From positions 45,756,001 through 45,820,000 of the forward strand of contig OX597837.1 in assembly GCA_951406725.2 (NCBI GenBank): a stretch of 64,000 nucleotides of DNA, given 5' to 3'. The position numbers were made by a program, and so were the translations under genes. Source of the stretch: Octopus vulgaris (taxonomy: Eukaryota). The notes beneath the pieces are model-generated. The model was not told the DNA's origin, made no database searches, and saw only the letters and a list, made by a program, of their open reading frames with translations. How positions within the stretch are numbered: position 1 is the stretch's first letter; each line of letters starts with the position of its first letter. Shown piece after piece: positions 38,138 through 52,792 of the stretch.

Positions 38138-39185
38138 TCTAACTTTTCGTCTTACTTTCTTAGGATTTCAGGTAATTCTTCATCTTCTTCTCCACTCCTC
38201 CTCCTCCTTTATGTCTCTTTGTCAATCTCTGTCAGTTCCTCTCTCTCTCTCTCTTTCTCTCTCTCCCTCTCATCCTCTCTCTCTAACATTCCTTCCTCTC
38301 TATATAGCTATGATCTTTCATATGGAACTTATTCTCACTCTCTCCTTCTGTCAGTCTCTCCCTATCTCTCTTTCTCTCTATATCTGTCCGTCTACTATCT
38401 CTGCAACACACTGCCTGTCTGTCTGTCTGGCTGTCTGGCCATCTTCCAATTCTTTCATTCACTCATACCTCTCTCTCTCTCTCTCTCTATTCTTCACTCT
38501 CTCTCTCTCTTTCCCTCTCTCTCTCCCCATCCCCATCTCTCAACATCAAACACCTCTGTTCCCCACCCCCTCCACCACCATATCCTATTGTAATAAGCTA
38601 ATTAATTTCACATCTACGTCAGATCAAATAGACATTTCTAATATTCCACAACTTAAGTGGATTACAAGATTGTCTCAGCTCTTACTCCAAGACAAGAGTT
38701 CAGGTGTTCTCTTGTGTCTCTATGACAGTTGGGAGGGGTGAGGGGCCTGGGAGGAGGGGGTCTCAGGTTTGTGGAGTGTGTGTGTGCCTTAGTGTTAATG
38801 TGTGTGGGGTGGGTGGGTAAGTGTGTGTATGTGCATTAATGAGTGCATGGGGGTATGTGTGGCGGGTGAGTCTGTGTATGTGGGTGGGTATGCGTGTGGA
38901 AATGTGTATATGTGTGGAGGGCAAGTGTGTGTATGTGAAGTTGTGTGTATGCGTGCAAAAGTATAGGTATGTATGTGTAACTGTGTGGGGGTGTATGTGT
39001 ATGTATGGGCGCATGGGTGTGTTTGTGGTGTGTGTGTTTGTGGTGTATGTGGTGTATGTGTATATATGTGGGTGCATGTATGTGTGTGGCTGCATGTATG
39101 TGGATGTGTATGTTTGTGCATGCGTGTGTGAGTGTATGTATGTGCATGGGTGTGTGTGTGGAGGTGTGTGCATGTATGAAAGAAC

Positions 39186-39222
<37 letters not shown>

Positions 39223-39334
39223 GAGTGAAAGATAGAGGGAATAAGAGAACAGGGTCTTTTCCATTCATTGTCAGGGCAGCTGTGGGCACCAGCAGGCCCT
39301 GGACAAGAACAACATCAACGTAGTCAGTGTCGTC

Positions 39335-39442
39335 AACATCATCATTGCAATCATTGTCACCATCACCATCGTCATCTTCATCATCATCATCATCACCACC
39401 ATCATCATCATCGTCACCATCATCATCATCATTACCATCATC

Positions 39443-39474
<32 letters not shown>

Positions 39475-39616
39475 CGTCACCATCACCGTCATCATCATCA
39501 TCATCATCACCATCACCGTCATCATCATGGTCACCATCATCATCATCGTCACCATCATCATCATCATTACCATCATCATCATCATCACCATCATCATCAT
39601 CATCGTCACCATCATC

Positions 39617-39648
<32 letters not shown>

Positions 39649-39750
39649 CATGGTCACCATCATCATCATCATCGTCACCATCATCATCATCATCATCATC
39701 ATCATCGTCACTATCATCATCATCATTGTCACCATCATCATCATCATCAT
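39335..39750. repeat. (CAT)n repeat with periodic CAC/CGT
   Basis: Direct; source of the poly-His/Ser/Ile/Met ORFs. Confidence 0.95.
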
Positions 39751-39837
39751 GACATATGTTTACAATAATTATACAATGTCAACACAAGAACACACCAAGT
39801 CACACACGCACAAACATACACATATATAGATATATCT

Positions 39838-39885
<48 letters not shown>

Positions 39886-39933
39886 AAAAAATTAGATGAC
39901 ATAGGAATAACTGATTATCTTATGAACTTAATT

Positions 39934-39983
39934 GGCCTTACAGCTGTTTCTGCTATAAGAAGCCTTATTGCTTCATCAGAGCC
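39934..39983 (-). ncRNA. minimal type-I hammerhead ribozyme, intact core
   Basis: GGCU-CUGAUGA-AGCAAUAAG GCUU CUUAUAGCA-GAAAC-AGCU-GUA-AGGCC; palindromic stem III ACAGCUGU; stem I bulged. Confidence 0.7.
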
Positions 39984-41019
39984 TTGACAATGAAGTGCAA
40001 TTTAGTTGGGAAAAGAATTACATTTATACATTTATTTTGGAAAAAGCATTACAAATGAGAAAGCCAACCATAGATGTGTTGAGTTCTAGACCAGGTTATC
40101 AGTCTTGCAATGTCTAAGAAATGTATATGTATCTTATAATAATTCTGACTGTCATTCTGTTACTTAGCCTGTCAGTAATGCTTTCACATGATTAGAGAAA
40201 AAGAGGGAGTGAGAAAAGAGGGAGTGAAAAAGAGGGAGTGAGAAGTGTCCATGATGTGAGGTAGAGGGAATGTAATTGTAACACTTTCATGTGGTTAGTT
40301 GAAGGGAAAGAAAAGAGAAAGGAAAGAGAGAGAGAAAAAGACAGAGAGAGTAAACTAGGGAGAGAGAAGCATCCATGACATGAGGTAGGGGGAATGTAAT
40401 ATTTATTACATGGTTTAAAAGTTAGTTGAAGTTAGTGACGATACAGAGGAGGAGAGTTAAAAATATAATGTTAGCAGAGGGATGATGTTCTGACGGTGAG
40501 GTTAAAGAAAGGCACACACAGAGAGAGTGAGAGGAGAGGAGGGAAGAGAGAGAGGAGGGGAGAGAGAGGAGGAGAGAGAGATGGTGATGGAGGTGACAGT
40601 GGTGATCGGATAGTGAAAAGTTTTTTTATATATCCCCTGTCACTTAACGCATGCACATAAGTGCAATTCTGTGAAATACTCATGCTTATTTATGTGGCAG
40701 ATATATGCAATTTAACTAAAGGTTGATATTTTTTATGGGGAAAATAGAAAAATAAGAGTGAATATTTATTTTATGAGTGTTGTGTGTTAATTCTATAAAA
40801 TTGTGCATAAAGTATAGAAGTGCTTTAAGTAATCAACATGTTCCAATTCCTTTCACTTTTCAATGAGTAGCAGATGAGCGACTATCATTTGATACAGACA
40901 CAACACAGGCTTTTTGGATAAAGTTTTCAGAAATAACCCAATAGGTTTACAATTAACTCTGTGAAATATTCACAGGTCCCACTGGTATATATAAATGAAG
41001 GAGTGCAGTAGAGTTTTTA

Positions 41020-41200
41020 AAGGTATCATGAAAGGCCTGGTTGGAGGCTCAACCTTCCCAGTTCTTTTACAGGGCTTAGAAAAACAGAAGGACCACTGCA
41101 ATAAGTGTGTGAATCTGAGAAGGGAATTTGTTGAATAAAATCGTAATTAATTGATCCTCCTGTTTTACTCAAAGCCAAGAACTTTTTAGCACTCCCTCTT
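41020..41200 (+). mobile_element. mariner 3' end (transposase C-terminus plus TIR remnant)
   Basis: AWLEAQPSQFF..GLEKQKDHCNKCVNLRREFVE* followed by AACTTTTTAGCACTCCCTC. Confidence 0.65.
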
Positions 41201-41917
41201 GTGGTACCACCTCACCCATGCTAGCATGGAACACAGATGTTAAATGATGATGATGATGATATATAAATATATATATGTAGATATGTATATGCAGGTGTCT
41301 TTCACTTTTCATTTACCAAATCCACTCACAAGGCCCAGGTCAGCTTGGAGCCATAGTAGAAGAGACTTGCCCAAGGTTCCACACAGTGGGACTGAACCTG
41401 GAACCATGAAGTTGGGAAGCAAGCTTCTTATCACATGACCACATGTTGACAAGATCCATTGCCAAACACCCCTGTGTGGTGGTGGTGGTGGCGATGGTGG
41501 TAGAGTCTATTATGAAGAGTATGGTGCAAAAGATCCTACATGATCATTCCTACATGATCAGGAGAGAGCAGTTTATGAGTGGCAAGACCTGGGAGAATTG
41601 TGTGACCATGCAACCCCACACCCAAAAACATGTGGCCTCCTGGCTCTCCCGATTTCAAACCCCATGGAAAGCCAAGACTCGTTCATCTTCAGAGGAAGGA
41701 ATGAACCAGCGTCTCTGTGGTGCCAAAGACTGAATGGAGGTGCAGGGGGTGGGGGCTGCTGCTTCCATGAGCTGTCGTTTCGGTAGGTGTGTCTACTGTG
41801 ATGCCAAGAGTGATGGTGGTGATGGTGGGGAAGGAAGACGGCGCCAGGAGATAACGGTTGCTGCAGTAGGAATTATTAAACTGTCTATAAATCTTGCTGC
41901 TATTGATGATGATGACA

Positions 41918-42150
41918 GTGGTGGTGGTGGTGTTGGTGGTGTTGGTGGTGGTGATGTTGGTGGTGGTGGTGGTGGTGGTGGTGGTAGTAGTAGTGTTGGT
42001 GGTAGTAGTGGTGGTGGTGGTGGTAGTAGTGGTAGTAGTAGTAGTGGTGGTAGTGGTGGTGGTGGTGGTGGTGGTAGTAGTGGTAGTAGTAGTGGTGGTA
42101 GTGGTGGTGGTGGTGGTGGTTGTAGTGGTGGTGGTGGTAGTAGTGGTAGT
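41918..42150. repeat. (GGT/AGT)n repeat
   Basis: Direct. Confidence 0.95.
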
Positions 42151-42432
42151 GATAAGGAACACTATGATGATACAATATGCAGTAAACACATACACACTTA
42201 CATGCATACTTACACACACACACACACACTCACACACTCATACACACACATACTCTCACTCCCTAACTCTCTCTCTCAGACACAAACATACACAAAGCAT
42301 ACAACCACACATCCATACAGCTGCAAAGACACACTTAAGATTTTATGATTTTGTTTCTAAAATTGAACTGTTAAATATTTAACAGGTTCCACAAAATGTG
42401 GGAGAATAGAGGTTAAGGGTGTGGGTGTGCAT

Positions 42433-42463
<31 letters not shown>

Positions 42464-43062
42464 TGTGTGTGTGTGTTTGCTATCTGCTTTTGAGTGAGTA
42501 TACGTGTATATGAAAGTGTGTGTATCTGGATATAACCCATGCTAGCATGGAGAACGGACGTTAAACGATGATGATGATGATGTACATGTCTGCATTTGAG
42601 TGAAAGAGAGAGTGTGTGTATACGTGTGTGAGTGTATATGTGTATTTCTGCATTTGCGTGAGAAAAGTGTGTGTGTATGTATGTGTGCATGCATTTGTGT
42701 GAGAGTGTGTGTGTTCATTTGTGTGGAAAAGAAGGAAAGAAAGAGAGAAGTGTGTGTGTATGTGTGTGTGTGTGTGTGTGTGTTTGCTGCAAAGAGATTT
42801 AATTTTAATTCATTTGAGAATTTATCAAAGATTTCCATTTGTTACACGAAAAGGAGAGAAAGAAAAGAGAGAAAGGAGAGACAAAGAAGGAGAGAAAGGG
42901 AGAGATAGAGAGACAAAGAAACAGTGACACACATAGAGCCACAGAAAAAAGATACAGATGTCTGAATCTACACACACACACACACACATAGATAGGTATG
43001 CAGAGAGAAATACACACAGACAGACATTTATATCGTCATCCATATTTAATGTCCACAACACA

Positions 43063-43640
43063 GTGAGCTGGCAGAATCATTGACATCCTGGGCAAAAACT
43101 TAGCAGCAGTTCATCAGTCTTAATTATTCTGAGATCAAATTCACCCAACGTTGACTTCACCTTTCATCCTTTCAGAATGGATCGATAAACTCAGTACCAG
43201 TTATACACTGGAGTTTATGAAATCCACTTACCCCCTCCACGACATTGCTGGCCTCGTGCCAAAATTTGAAACCCTTCTCTCTCTATTTTCTCTCTTTTAC
43301 TTGTTTCAGTCATTTGACTGCGGCCATGCTGGAGCACCGCCTTTAGTCGAGCAAATAGACCCCGGGACTTATTCTTTGTAAGCCTAGTACTTATTCTATT
43401 GGTCTCTTTTACCGAACCGCTAAGTAACTACTTGCCAAAGGTGCAAAGCAGTGGGACTGAACCCACAAACATGTGATTGGGAAGCAAGCTTCTTATGACA
43501 CAGTCACTCTTGTGCCTATATATATATATATGTACGAATGTATGTATTTTGTCTCCACCATAGTTTGACAACAGGTGTTGGTTTATTTACATCCCCCACA
43601 GATTAGTGGTTCAGCAACAGAAACAAGTAGGATAAGTACC
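43063..43640. mobile_element. cluster: SINE B variant (+, 43063-43270), SINE A (-, 43290-43520), SINE A fragment (+)
   Basis: Matches to family motifs. Confidence 0.75.
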
Positions 43641-43643
43641 ATC

Positions 43644-43867
43644 TTCATCCTTTTAGCATTCAGATTACTCCATCAAATGTTATGCTTTATATATTCACCT
43701 TGTCTTGTATTAATCATTCCTTATCTTCAAGCTTCAAGATTTCGAAGATTGGATTGTTTTATTTTCAGAATGACATTGTAGGATAAGTGTAAAAGGCCAG
43801 ATCTCGCCAGTTTGAACGTAAAACAGGCAGAAGATTTGAACTGAATATCGTCAGTTTAAATGTCAGA
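43644..43867 (+). mobile_element. diverged piggyBac-type MITE
   Basis: Left end CCTTTTAGCATT with decayed right end TTTAAATG; TIR only partly recoverable. Confidence 0.4.
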
Positions 43868-44160
43868 TACTTAAAACAATAAGTACTGAGATTGACTGCT
43901 TGACTAAACCCATCGCAGCAGTGCCCCAGCATGGCCCTAGCCCAATGACTCAAACACATAAAATATAAAGGAACATCTTGTTTTTTGCAACTGCATATTC
44001 CATTCCATTTCATTCCTTCCACTCCTAAACCATAATTCACACGAATGCCTCCTCTGGCATTTAACATTGTTTATCAAAATACTTTAATATAAAGTGCATC
44101 CATCTTCTTTTCTTTTGCCTCTTTCTGTTAACAAACTCAATTTTTAACTGTCATCACATT

Positions 44161-44202
<42 letters not shown>

Positions 44203-44268
44203 TAATGATTATTAATGTGTGTGTGTCTGTGTGCATGTGTGCATGTGTTTGTATGTATGTATATATAT

Positions 44269-44332
44269 TAATACATCTGTTTGTTTTGTACACCACCTGT
44301 CTTCGTCTTTTGTTCTTTTCATAAACTCTCCC
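44269..44332 (+). mobile_element. PLE family F terminal fragment
   Basis: Matches 61704-61768; flanked by TA repeats. Confidence 0.75.
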
Positions 44333-44606
44333 TATATATATATATACCATAAGCTATATTATGTATGTAATACAAACTATAAATTACATATACAGGGTGT
44401 TTCAAGAGTCTATGTCACATTCTAAGAATTCTTATGTCATGAACTACAAATGGTAGCATGATTGAACTGGTACCATTTAAAAGCTAAAAGTGTAAAATTC
44501 TCTTCTGTTAATTTAATTTTGATTAATGCTAATGAAATCTCCATATATGGAGTGTAGATTGAGTTAGAGAAATGTCCAATGAGAAAATCTAAACATTAAA
44601 AATAAT

Positions 44607-45012
44607 ACTCTCTTTTACTCTTTACTTGTTTCAGTCATTTGACTGTGGCCATGCAGGAGCATCACCTTTAGTCGAGCAACTCGACTCCGGGACTTATTCT
44701 TTTGTAAGCCCAGTACTTATTCTATCAGTCTCTTTTGCTGAACTGCTAAGTAACGGGGACGTAAACACACCAGCATCGGTTGTCAAGCGATGCTAGGGGG
44801 ACAAACACAGACACACAAACACACACACGCATATACATACATATATACGACGGGCTTCTTTCAGTTTCCGTCTACCAAATCCACTCACAAGGCTTTGGTC
44901 CACCCGAGGCTATAGTAAAAGACACTTGCCCAAGGTGCCACGCAGTGGGACTGAACGCGGAACCATGTGGTTGGTAAACAAGCTACTTACCACACAGCCA
45001 CTCCTGCGCCTA
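44607..45012 (-). mobile_element. SINE family A, full length, young
   Basis: Near reverse complement of 51228-51650. Confidence 0.9.
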
Positions 45013-45179
45013 TACTTGGTATTTTTTTTATAAAAAATCTTAAACAGATGAAGAAAGTTTAACATTAAAAAAATGATGTTTGTAAAGCTTATAGTAGAAA
45101 GTTAATGTAATCATTTATAGAAAAATAGGGGAATGAGGACCCTTGTTTACTCAAGGTTTGTATTAGGGAAACATGGAAG

Positions 45180-45990
45180 TATTGGGTTGTTTCATATGAA
45201 ATGTCATATTTGAAAGGTAATGATAAAATGTTTCACAAGTGTTAGAGAACCGATTTATTTAATCCTAATCCTAACCCTAATCATGTTCATTTATTATGTT
45301 TACCCAACGTTTCTCTATTGTCATATATTCCATCTTTAAAACAAAATTCATCTTTTGCTGTGGTAAACTATCTGAATGCTTCAATTACCTCTTCTCTATC
45401 TAAGAATGTTTTATTGCTTATGAAAAGCTCAAAATGCTTAAATAAGTGAGGATCAGTAGGAAAGATATCAAGGGAATAGGGAGGATGTTGCAAAATCTCA
45501 TAATGTGGGCATTGCAGCTTTTGGACCATAGCCTGAGAAGTGTGAGGACATGCATTGTTTTCGAGCAAAATTGGGCCATCTTTATTCACTCGTCTGAGTT
45601 GCTTCTTTTTCAAATTCTCGTGCATACAATTAATTTCCTGGCAATACGATGTTGCTGTTACTGTTTTTCATTGTTGCAAAAATGAATATCAAATAACTCC
45701 CTTCACAGACCACCATACAGTAACCACTGGTGGTTTGGGTAGTGTTTAGGTGATTCTCTTGCACCTAATGTATGTCCTGTTCTCCTGCCATTGTCAAAGA
45801 GTATCCATTTCTCATCAAATTTAATGATTTGATGCAAAAATTGTCTTTTTCCAGTCGAGAAAGCAATAAGGAACACACTTCAAGGCGTCTGTTCTTTAAA
45901 TCTCATTCAGTTAATGTGGAACAAACTTTTCCACTTTCTTGACTTTTCCAATTCTTTACAAGTGTCCAAAACAACTGAACCCATCACTAT
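45180..45990 (-). pseudogene. mariner (DD34D) transposase relic with 3' TIR
   Basis: GKVKKVEKFVPH*L, DEKWILFDN, GPILLENNACPH, HPPYSLDIFPTDPHLF (cf. WVPHEL, TxDEKW, HDNARPH, YSPDLxPxD); TIR-like TATTGGGTTG at 45180. Confidence 0.9.
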
Positions 45991-46455
45991 CATACATAGA
46001 TATGAACAGATAAACATGAAACTCAAATATCCAACTTCTAGGCTCTTTTTTTTAAGTTCCTATTATTTTCTCTGCTCTGATGAGTACTTTGATAATTTCC
46101 AAATTCAAATAGGAATTTATATCTATGCACGAAACAATTGTATGCATGAATAAACTTCTTACAACTTTTTAACATCTTATCTCCTCTATTTTTGACAAAT
46201 ATGATTGGATTTGTAGAATTTCATTCCATAAGTTAATCATACACTTAATATTCTAATACTACTTTTCATATCTTCACCAATTTACACCAGTAAACTCTCA
46301 GCAAAATATGAAGAATCAACGTAAGAAATCTTTTTAGAAACCACTTCAATTAAAAGACGAATCCACATTCAACCTGTCACGCACATATATGTGTGCATAT
46401 GTATGTATACATAGATCTATATATATAAATATATATGCATGTATATTTGTATAAG

Positions 46456-46486
<31 letters not shown>

Positions 46487-46589
46487 TTACATTACACACA
46501 TATATACACAAATATATATATGCATATATATATATATATACATATAATGAATTTATTACAATATATACATGTATATATCATCATCATTT

Positions 46590-46629
<40 letters not shown>

Positions 46630-46752
46630 CAGACAGAGAAATATTAATTTTTCTAAATCTCTCTAAAGGAGACTACGGCAGCAGTACTGGATATTAATAG
46701 TTATCACCATGTTAGCTTGGCAATAACTATTCATATATATATATATATAGAG

Positions 46753-46783
<31 letters not shown>

Positions 46784-46784
46784 G

Positions 46785-46819
<35 letters not shown>

Positions 46820-47414
46820 TGTATATACATTACACAAATGTAATTGCATATACAAATACTAATACTGTATTTAACAGAACTTTAAAATAGCAACACCCAT
46901 ATATTTTTGTTTTCATCTTGTGTGTGTGTGTGTGTGTATGTTTGTGTGTGTGTGTATGTTTGTGTGTGTGTGCGTGTGTGTGTGTGTGTGTGCGTGTGTG
47001 TGTATTTGTATGTGTGCGTGTGTGTTAGTTTATGGTTGCTCTCTCTTCTGTTTCTGTAGAAATATGTGAAGGTTTCAAAGATATTCAAACAACTTCAAAA
47101 TAACAAAGAACACAACACAACAAAACAAAACAAAAACAATACACAGCAAACAGTAAATTAATATAAATGAATAAAGACAACACCACCATGACCACCACCA
47201 CCAATACCACCACCACCAATACCACCACCACCACCACTATCTCTACCAGCCTTCAGTCTCTATCAATACCATACATGCACACCTGTTTTTACCAGAGGTG
47301 GTCCCTGGGGGGGACACGGATGATGCTAGACAGATTGATTGATTGGATGATTGATTGATCGAAAGGAAGTCTGTAAAAGATGGAGATAAGGGAAAGGAGG
47401 CTGGCGATGATGAT

Positions 47415-47447
<33 letters not shown>

Positions 47448-47653
47448 TGTGTGTGTGTGTGTGTGTGTGTTGGGTAGACAGAGAGGGGAACAGTAGAAAG
47501 GGAGTCCAAAAAGTGTTGGAATGCCAACGCATAGATGGAAGAGTTTAAAATCTTGGTGCATAAACACACATATATATATATATACAAATGCATGTGCACA
47601 CATACTTTAAATACTGCTATAAACCCATCACCAACATCACCACCACCATATCT

Positions 47654-47690
<37 letters not shown>

Positions 47691-47923
47691 GTACACATGT
47701 ATGTATGTACGCATGTATGTATGTATGTATGTATGTATGTATGTATGTATGTATGTATGTAGGTATGTATGTATGTGCGTGTGTGTGTGTATGTATGTAT
47801 ACATAAATATAGATGTGTGTGTATACATATATATATATATGTATGCATGCATGTATACATATATATATATATTTATGTATATATACATATATACATATAT
47901 ATGTATGTATACATATACAAATA

Positions 47924-47967
<44 letters not shown>

Positions 47968-48289
47968 TAATATATATATGTATACACATATACATACATT
48001 ATACATACATATATGTATGTATACATATATTCATATATATAGGTATATATATGTATACATATATATATACATTATATATACACACACACACATATACATA
48101 CACACACACATATATATATACAAATACATGCATATACACAAGCGCACCATTCATTCCTTCACTCACCACACACGGCACTGTTGCTCACTGTATCATTGAT
48201 AATAATTAAATAATCAACTTCAATCATTAACTGTGTGGTATGGGCTGATGCGTGGAGTGTTGCAATGACGGTTGTGATGGTACCATAGC

Positions 48290-48320
<31 letters not shown>

Positions 48321-48865
48321 ATAGTAGTAGTATGCGATGTTGTGCTATGTCCCATTCTGTTGTGGTGTGGGGTATGGTGATATGCAACCGTTGTATGGTG
48401 TATGTATTGTGCTGTGATATACGTCCTGATGTGAAGCATGTGTTGTGGTACCTTGTGGTGTATTCTGATGTGTGTTGTGTTGTGGTATTCAGTTCATCTA
48501 GAAAGAGTGGTAGTGGTTGTGGGTGGCAATGCTGGCTGTGGTGTGTAGGTGGTAGTAATAGTGGTGGTGATGGTTCTAGCTGCAGTATGTGCAGCGAGGA
48601 CGGTAACAGCAGTGGTGGTGGTGTAAAACGGTACTTAGAGCTGGTGTTGGTGGTAGTGGTGCTGTAGGTGATGGTGGTGGTGGTGGCAGCAATTGTGGTG
48701 GTGATGGTGCCACTCGGTAACAAGACGGATGGTTTTCAATGCTTGATGAACAGATAAGAATTGGAAATGTTAAGAACTCGCTCTTAGATTCCCTGACCTT
48801 TTCCACAGAAATCACACAATCAAGAAAACAAAGACCTATATGTGTCTACATATACATATATATAA

Positions 48866-48896
<31 letters not shown>

Positions 48897-49255
48897 ATGT
48901 CCCCATGCAACAGTGCCAATGTGTGAACATGAGCAACCATCCACCCACCCACACACACACACACCGGCCGACAATTACATCTATTCAATAACATAGACAA
49001 AAATATAGTCAGGTATCATACAAACACAAAATGATATTGTATGTATGTATATGTAATATATATATAGATATAAGATATAGATATGTATATATAGCAAAGA
49101 TGACATTAACGAGCAACACAATAACATCTCCTTAATTTCTTTACGTGTATATAAATATTTTCATCAGACCAAATACATAACATATACAGTGTGAATACGT
49201 GTGAGTATTTATCTATCTGTCAATCTATATATATATGTATGTATATATATCTGTA

Positions 49256-49311
<56 letters not shown>

Positions 49312-49496
49312 AACAAGTAAAAAAAAATAACATCACACAAGCAAAGAAATTCATACACGCACATTCATACACACCCACAAGATTAAACACACATGCACAG
49401 ATATACATACATTTACATACATATACATTCATATACGTTCATTTACCTGATGGAAACTCTTCACGTCAAAGATTGCATGCATATATATATATATAT

Positions 49497-49536
<40 letters not shown>

Positions 49537-49716
49537 TCACATGCACAAACACATTTGCATGTATATAATTATTATAGGAATGGTCATCTGTGTGAAGATG
49601 GTGCTTCACTGAAAGATGGTTCTATTTCCAGAACACATCCACAAAACCAGGTTCTTCAGATGCCCACTACAGGCATGATGCATATATTATTATCACATTA
49701 CACATATACGTACGTA

Positions 49717-49775
<59 letters not shown>

Positions 49776-49845
49776 TCTACACACCCACCACATACTTATG
49801 CTAAAGATGTCATATACTGACGCACAAGTATCCATGCATATGTAC

Positions 49846-49887
<42 letters not shown>

Positions 49888-49890
<3 letters not shown>

Positions 49891-50146
49891 CCGGTGGCAC
49901 ATAAAAAGCACCATCCGTTCGTGGCCGTTTGCCAGCTCTGTCTGGCACCTGTGCGGGTGGCACGTAAAAAGCACTCACTACACTCATGGAGTGGTTGGCG
50001 TTAGGAAGGGCATCCAGCCGTAGAAACACTGCCAGATTTGACTGGGCCTGATGAAGCCTTCTGGCTTCATAGACCCCAGTAGAACCGTCCAACCCATGCT
50101 AGCATGGAAAACGGACGCTAAACGATGATGATGATGATGATGATGA
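49888..50146 (+). mobile_element. RTE 3' tail (family E), young
   Basis: Close match to 63870-64000, ends (GAT)n. Confidence 0.85.
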
Positions 50147-50164
50147 TATATATATATATATATT

Positions 50165-50535
50165 GGCATTTCCCAGCTTGCATATGTATTCGTACTTTCC
50201 ATATTCCTGAGACATGCAGAGATTGAGAGGAAAACACACAAGCATCAGCAATGAGATGCTTGCATCACCTCTTACGCATTTCATATTCTGACCGAGTCAC
50301 CACTGGCCCTCAACAAGATCTTCTGACAACAGCGAAGAAAAGAAACATGAGATAGGATGGCCATATAACAAGGTGCAACGGCCTTGAAATTATTACCATT
50401 CTTCAAGGAACAGAGGTTGGAGGAGAAGAAATGGTAGAAAAGATTGGCAGACAACATAAAGGAACGGATAGGCAAATTGTTAGCGGGGACCCTTATTTTG
50501 GCACACAACCATGACAGACAGAAACTGACATGCAA
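50165..50535 (+). pseudogene. decayed RTE-clade LINE RT C-terminus
   Basis: Peptides TGPQQDLLTTAKKR, GHITRCNGL, TILQG and RLADNIKE match the RTE tail pattern RKLxWxGHxxR...ILQG...WxDNIKE. Confidence 0.7.
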
Positions 50536-51227
50536 TTTGTAACAATGTTATGTGTTTGTATAAATAGAGTGGGGGGACATGGCTTAGTCGTTAGGGTGTT
50601 GGACTGATGATCAAAAGATTGTGGTTTCCATTCCTGGACAAGGCAATGCATTGTGTTTGTTTAACATCCATCATCCACATATATATATATATATATGTAT
50701 TAATATATATGTGCGAATTGTTGGCGATTATTTTCATTTTATTTGACTTTCCCCTGTTTCTGAAGAAGGGGGAGAGGGCTATTGGAGGAGGTGGCTTTGT
50801 GCTGGATGGTGAGAGGTTACAGCATGGCAAAGGGACAGGAATAGATATCTTGCTGAAGAGGGGATACAGGGTTACAAACAGGTACATAAATGCATACATT
50901 TATAGGTATAGACATACGCACACATATATTTAGATATACGTATATATGTATGTGTATATATGTACACACACACATATATACATAATGGATAATAAAATGA
51001 ATGGTTTACACCTGGTAGCTTACAGGTAAAGCACGGTCACTTTCAGAGTGATTGTTATGTATATGGCAAATGAAAGACGGAAGATGGAATATACAAGATT
51101 TTATTATTAATCATGACAATTGTTTTGACCCATCTAGCATCGGTCCCTCATGGTTGGGAAACTCAACACTGGTTCAGGAGCATGTAACAGTGCAGATGTG
51201 TCTCTTTGGGTGATAAATAGATATAAA

Positions 51228-51650
51228 TAGGCGCAGGAGTGGCTGTGTGGTAAGTAGCTTGCTAACCAACCACATGGTTCCGGGTTCAGTCCCACTGCGT
51301 GGCATCTTGGGCAAGTGTCTTCTACTATAGCCCCGGGCCGACCAATGCCTTGTGAGTGGATTTGATAGACGGAAACTGAAAGAAGCCTGTCGTATATGTG
51401 TATATTTATATATATGTATATGTGTGTGTGTGTATGTATCTGTGTGTCTGTGTTTGTCCCCCTAGCATTGCTTGACAACCGATGCTGGTGTGTTTACATC
51501 CCCGTCACTTAGCGGTTCGGCAAAAGAGACCGATAGAATAAGTACTGGGCTTACAAAGAATAAGTCCCGGGGTCGAGTTGCTCGATTAAAGGTGGTGCTC
51601 CAGCATGGCCGCAGTCAAATGACTGCAACAAGTAAAAGAGTAAAAGAGAA
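51228..51650 (+). mobile_element. SINE family A, full length, young
   Basis: CpG-retaining copy from AGGCGCAGGAGTGGCTGTGTGG to AAGTAAAAGAGTAAAAGAG. Confidence 0.9.
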
Positions 51651-52499
51651 AAAGTATAACTCGTTAAAATAACAGATCTGCAATGTATCTTCTCATTTCG
51701 TGTAAAGAAAAGCAGCAAATTAAAGGATATGGCTTTATTTATATGGAAAATCAATAGTAAAATCACAGATGCAAAAACGAAATGAACACGCAATACAGCT
51801 AGAGAAAGTATTAAAAATAACTGTTGATGAATATGGATGTATAAACGCCCTCACACAAGCTGTATATACACTCACTCATACAAGCATCCACGAAGATGTA
51901 AGCATACGCAAACATGTGGTTTGGTTCACACACGCTCACATAGCGAGTTAAATAGATATTTGGTGTTTATAAGAGTGGAGAGGTTAAAGCTAAACTTAAT
52001 TCATCCATACCTTAAAGTAAATTATGTTAACGGTTACTCAAAATTCATTCCCACTGCATTGTGCAAAAGTACATTTATATGCGTGTAGGCATCTCGGGAG
52101 TCGTTCAGAAATTCTATTAATGATCTTCTCATTGGTCCACAGAATAGACAGGGATTCCTCGCAGCAGAGTCAGCATCTCCCTGAAATGATATCATATGGT
52201 TTTTACGCGCCTTACTATGGACCAAGTTTTGTTATACTTAATTCTATCTTCCTTCGGTCACCAAACAAAATCGGCCAAAGATGTTGAATGCCTCTTATTG
52301 ATTCTCTTGAAGCTGGCAATCATTAATAGAATGATTCCTTGGAATGATTCCTTTCATGTTGCTCCAGGCCACTCAGCTGGTAAAAATGAGTAAACCTGTG
52401 AGGGTCTAGCGTCCCATCCTGGTGGGGAATTTATAAGCCATGGAGACTGGACCTTATGAGGAAATATATATATAAATGAGGAAGTAACTGCATGCATGG

Positions 52500-52530
<31 letters not shown>

Positions 52531-52743
52531 CGTATGTTTGTGTGTGTGTACATATATATGTATGTGTGTGTACATATATATGTATGTGTGTGTGCATGTG
52601 TGTATATACATATATATATATGCACGTATGTGTATAAATATATACATATACATATATACATATACATATATATATGCACATATGTGTGTATATATATATA
52701 CATATACATATATACATATATATATATGCACATATATACATAC

Positions 52744-52792
<49 letters not shown>

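Noticed and set aside
39268-39829. Poly-histidine ORF suggesting a metal-binding protein
   Set aside because: (CAT)n is open in several frames on both strands; the flanks are non-coding repeats
41689-42382. Gly/Ser-rich and poly-Thr ORFs
   Set aside because: (GGT/AGT)n microsatellite artefact
45258-45282. Telomere-like CCTAAT/CCTAAC repeats
   Set aside because: Only about three degenerate units, inside a mariner end
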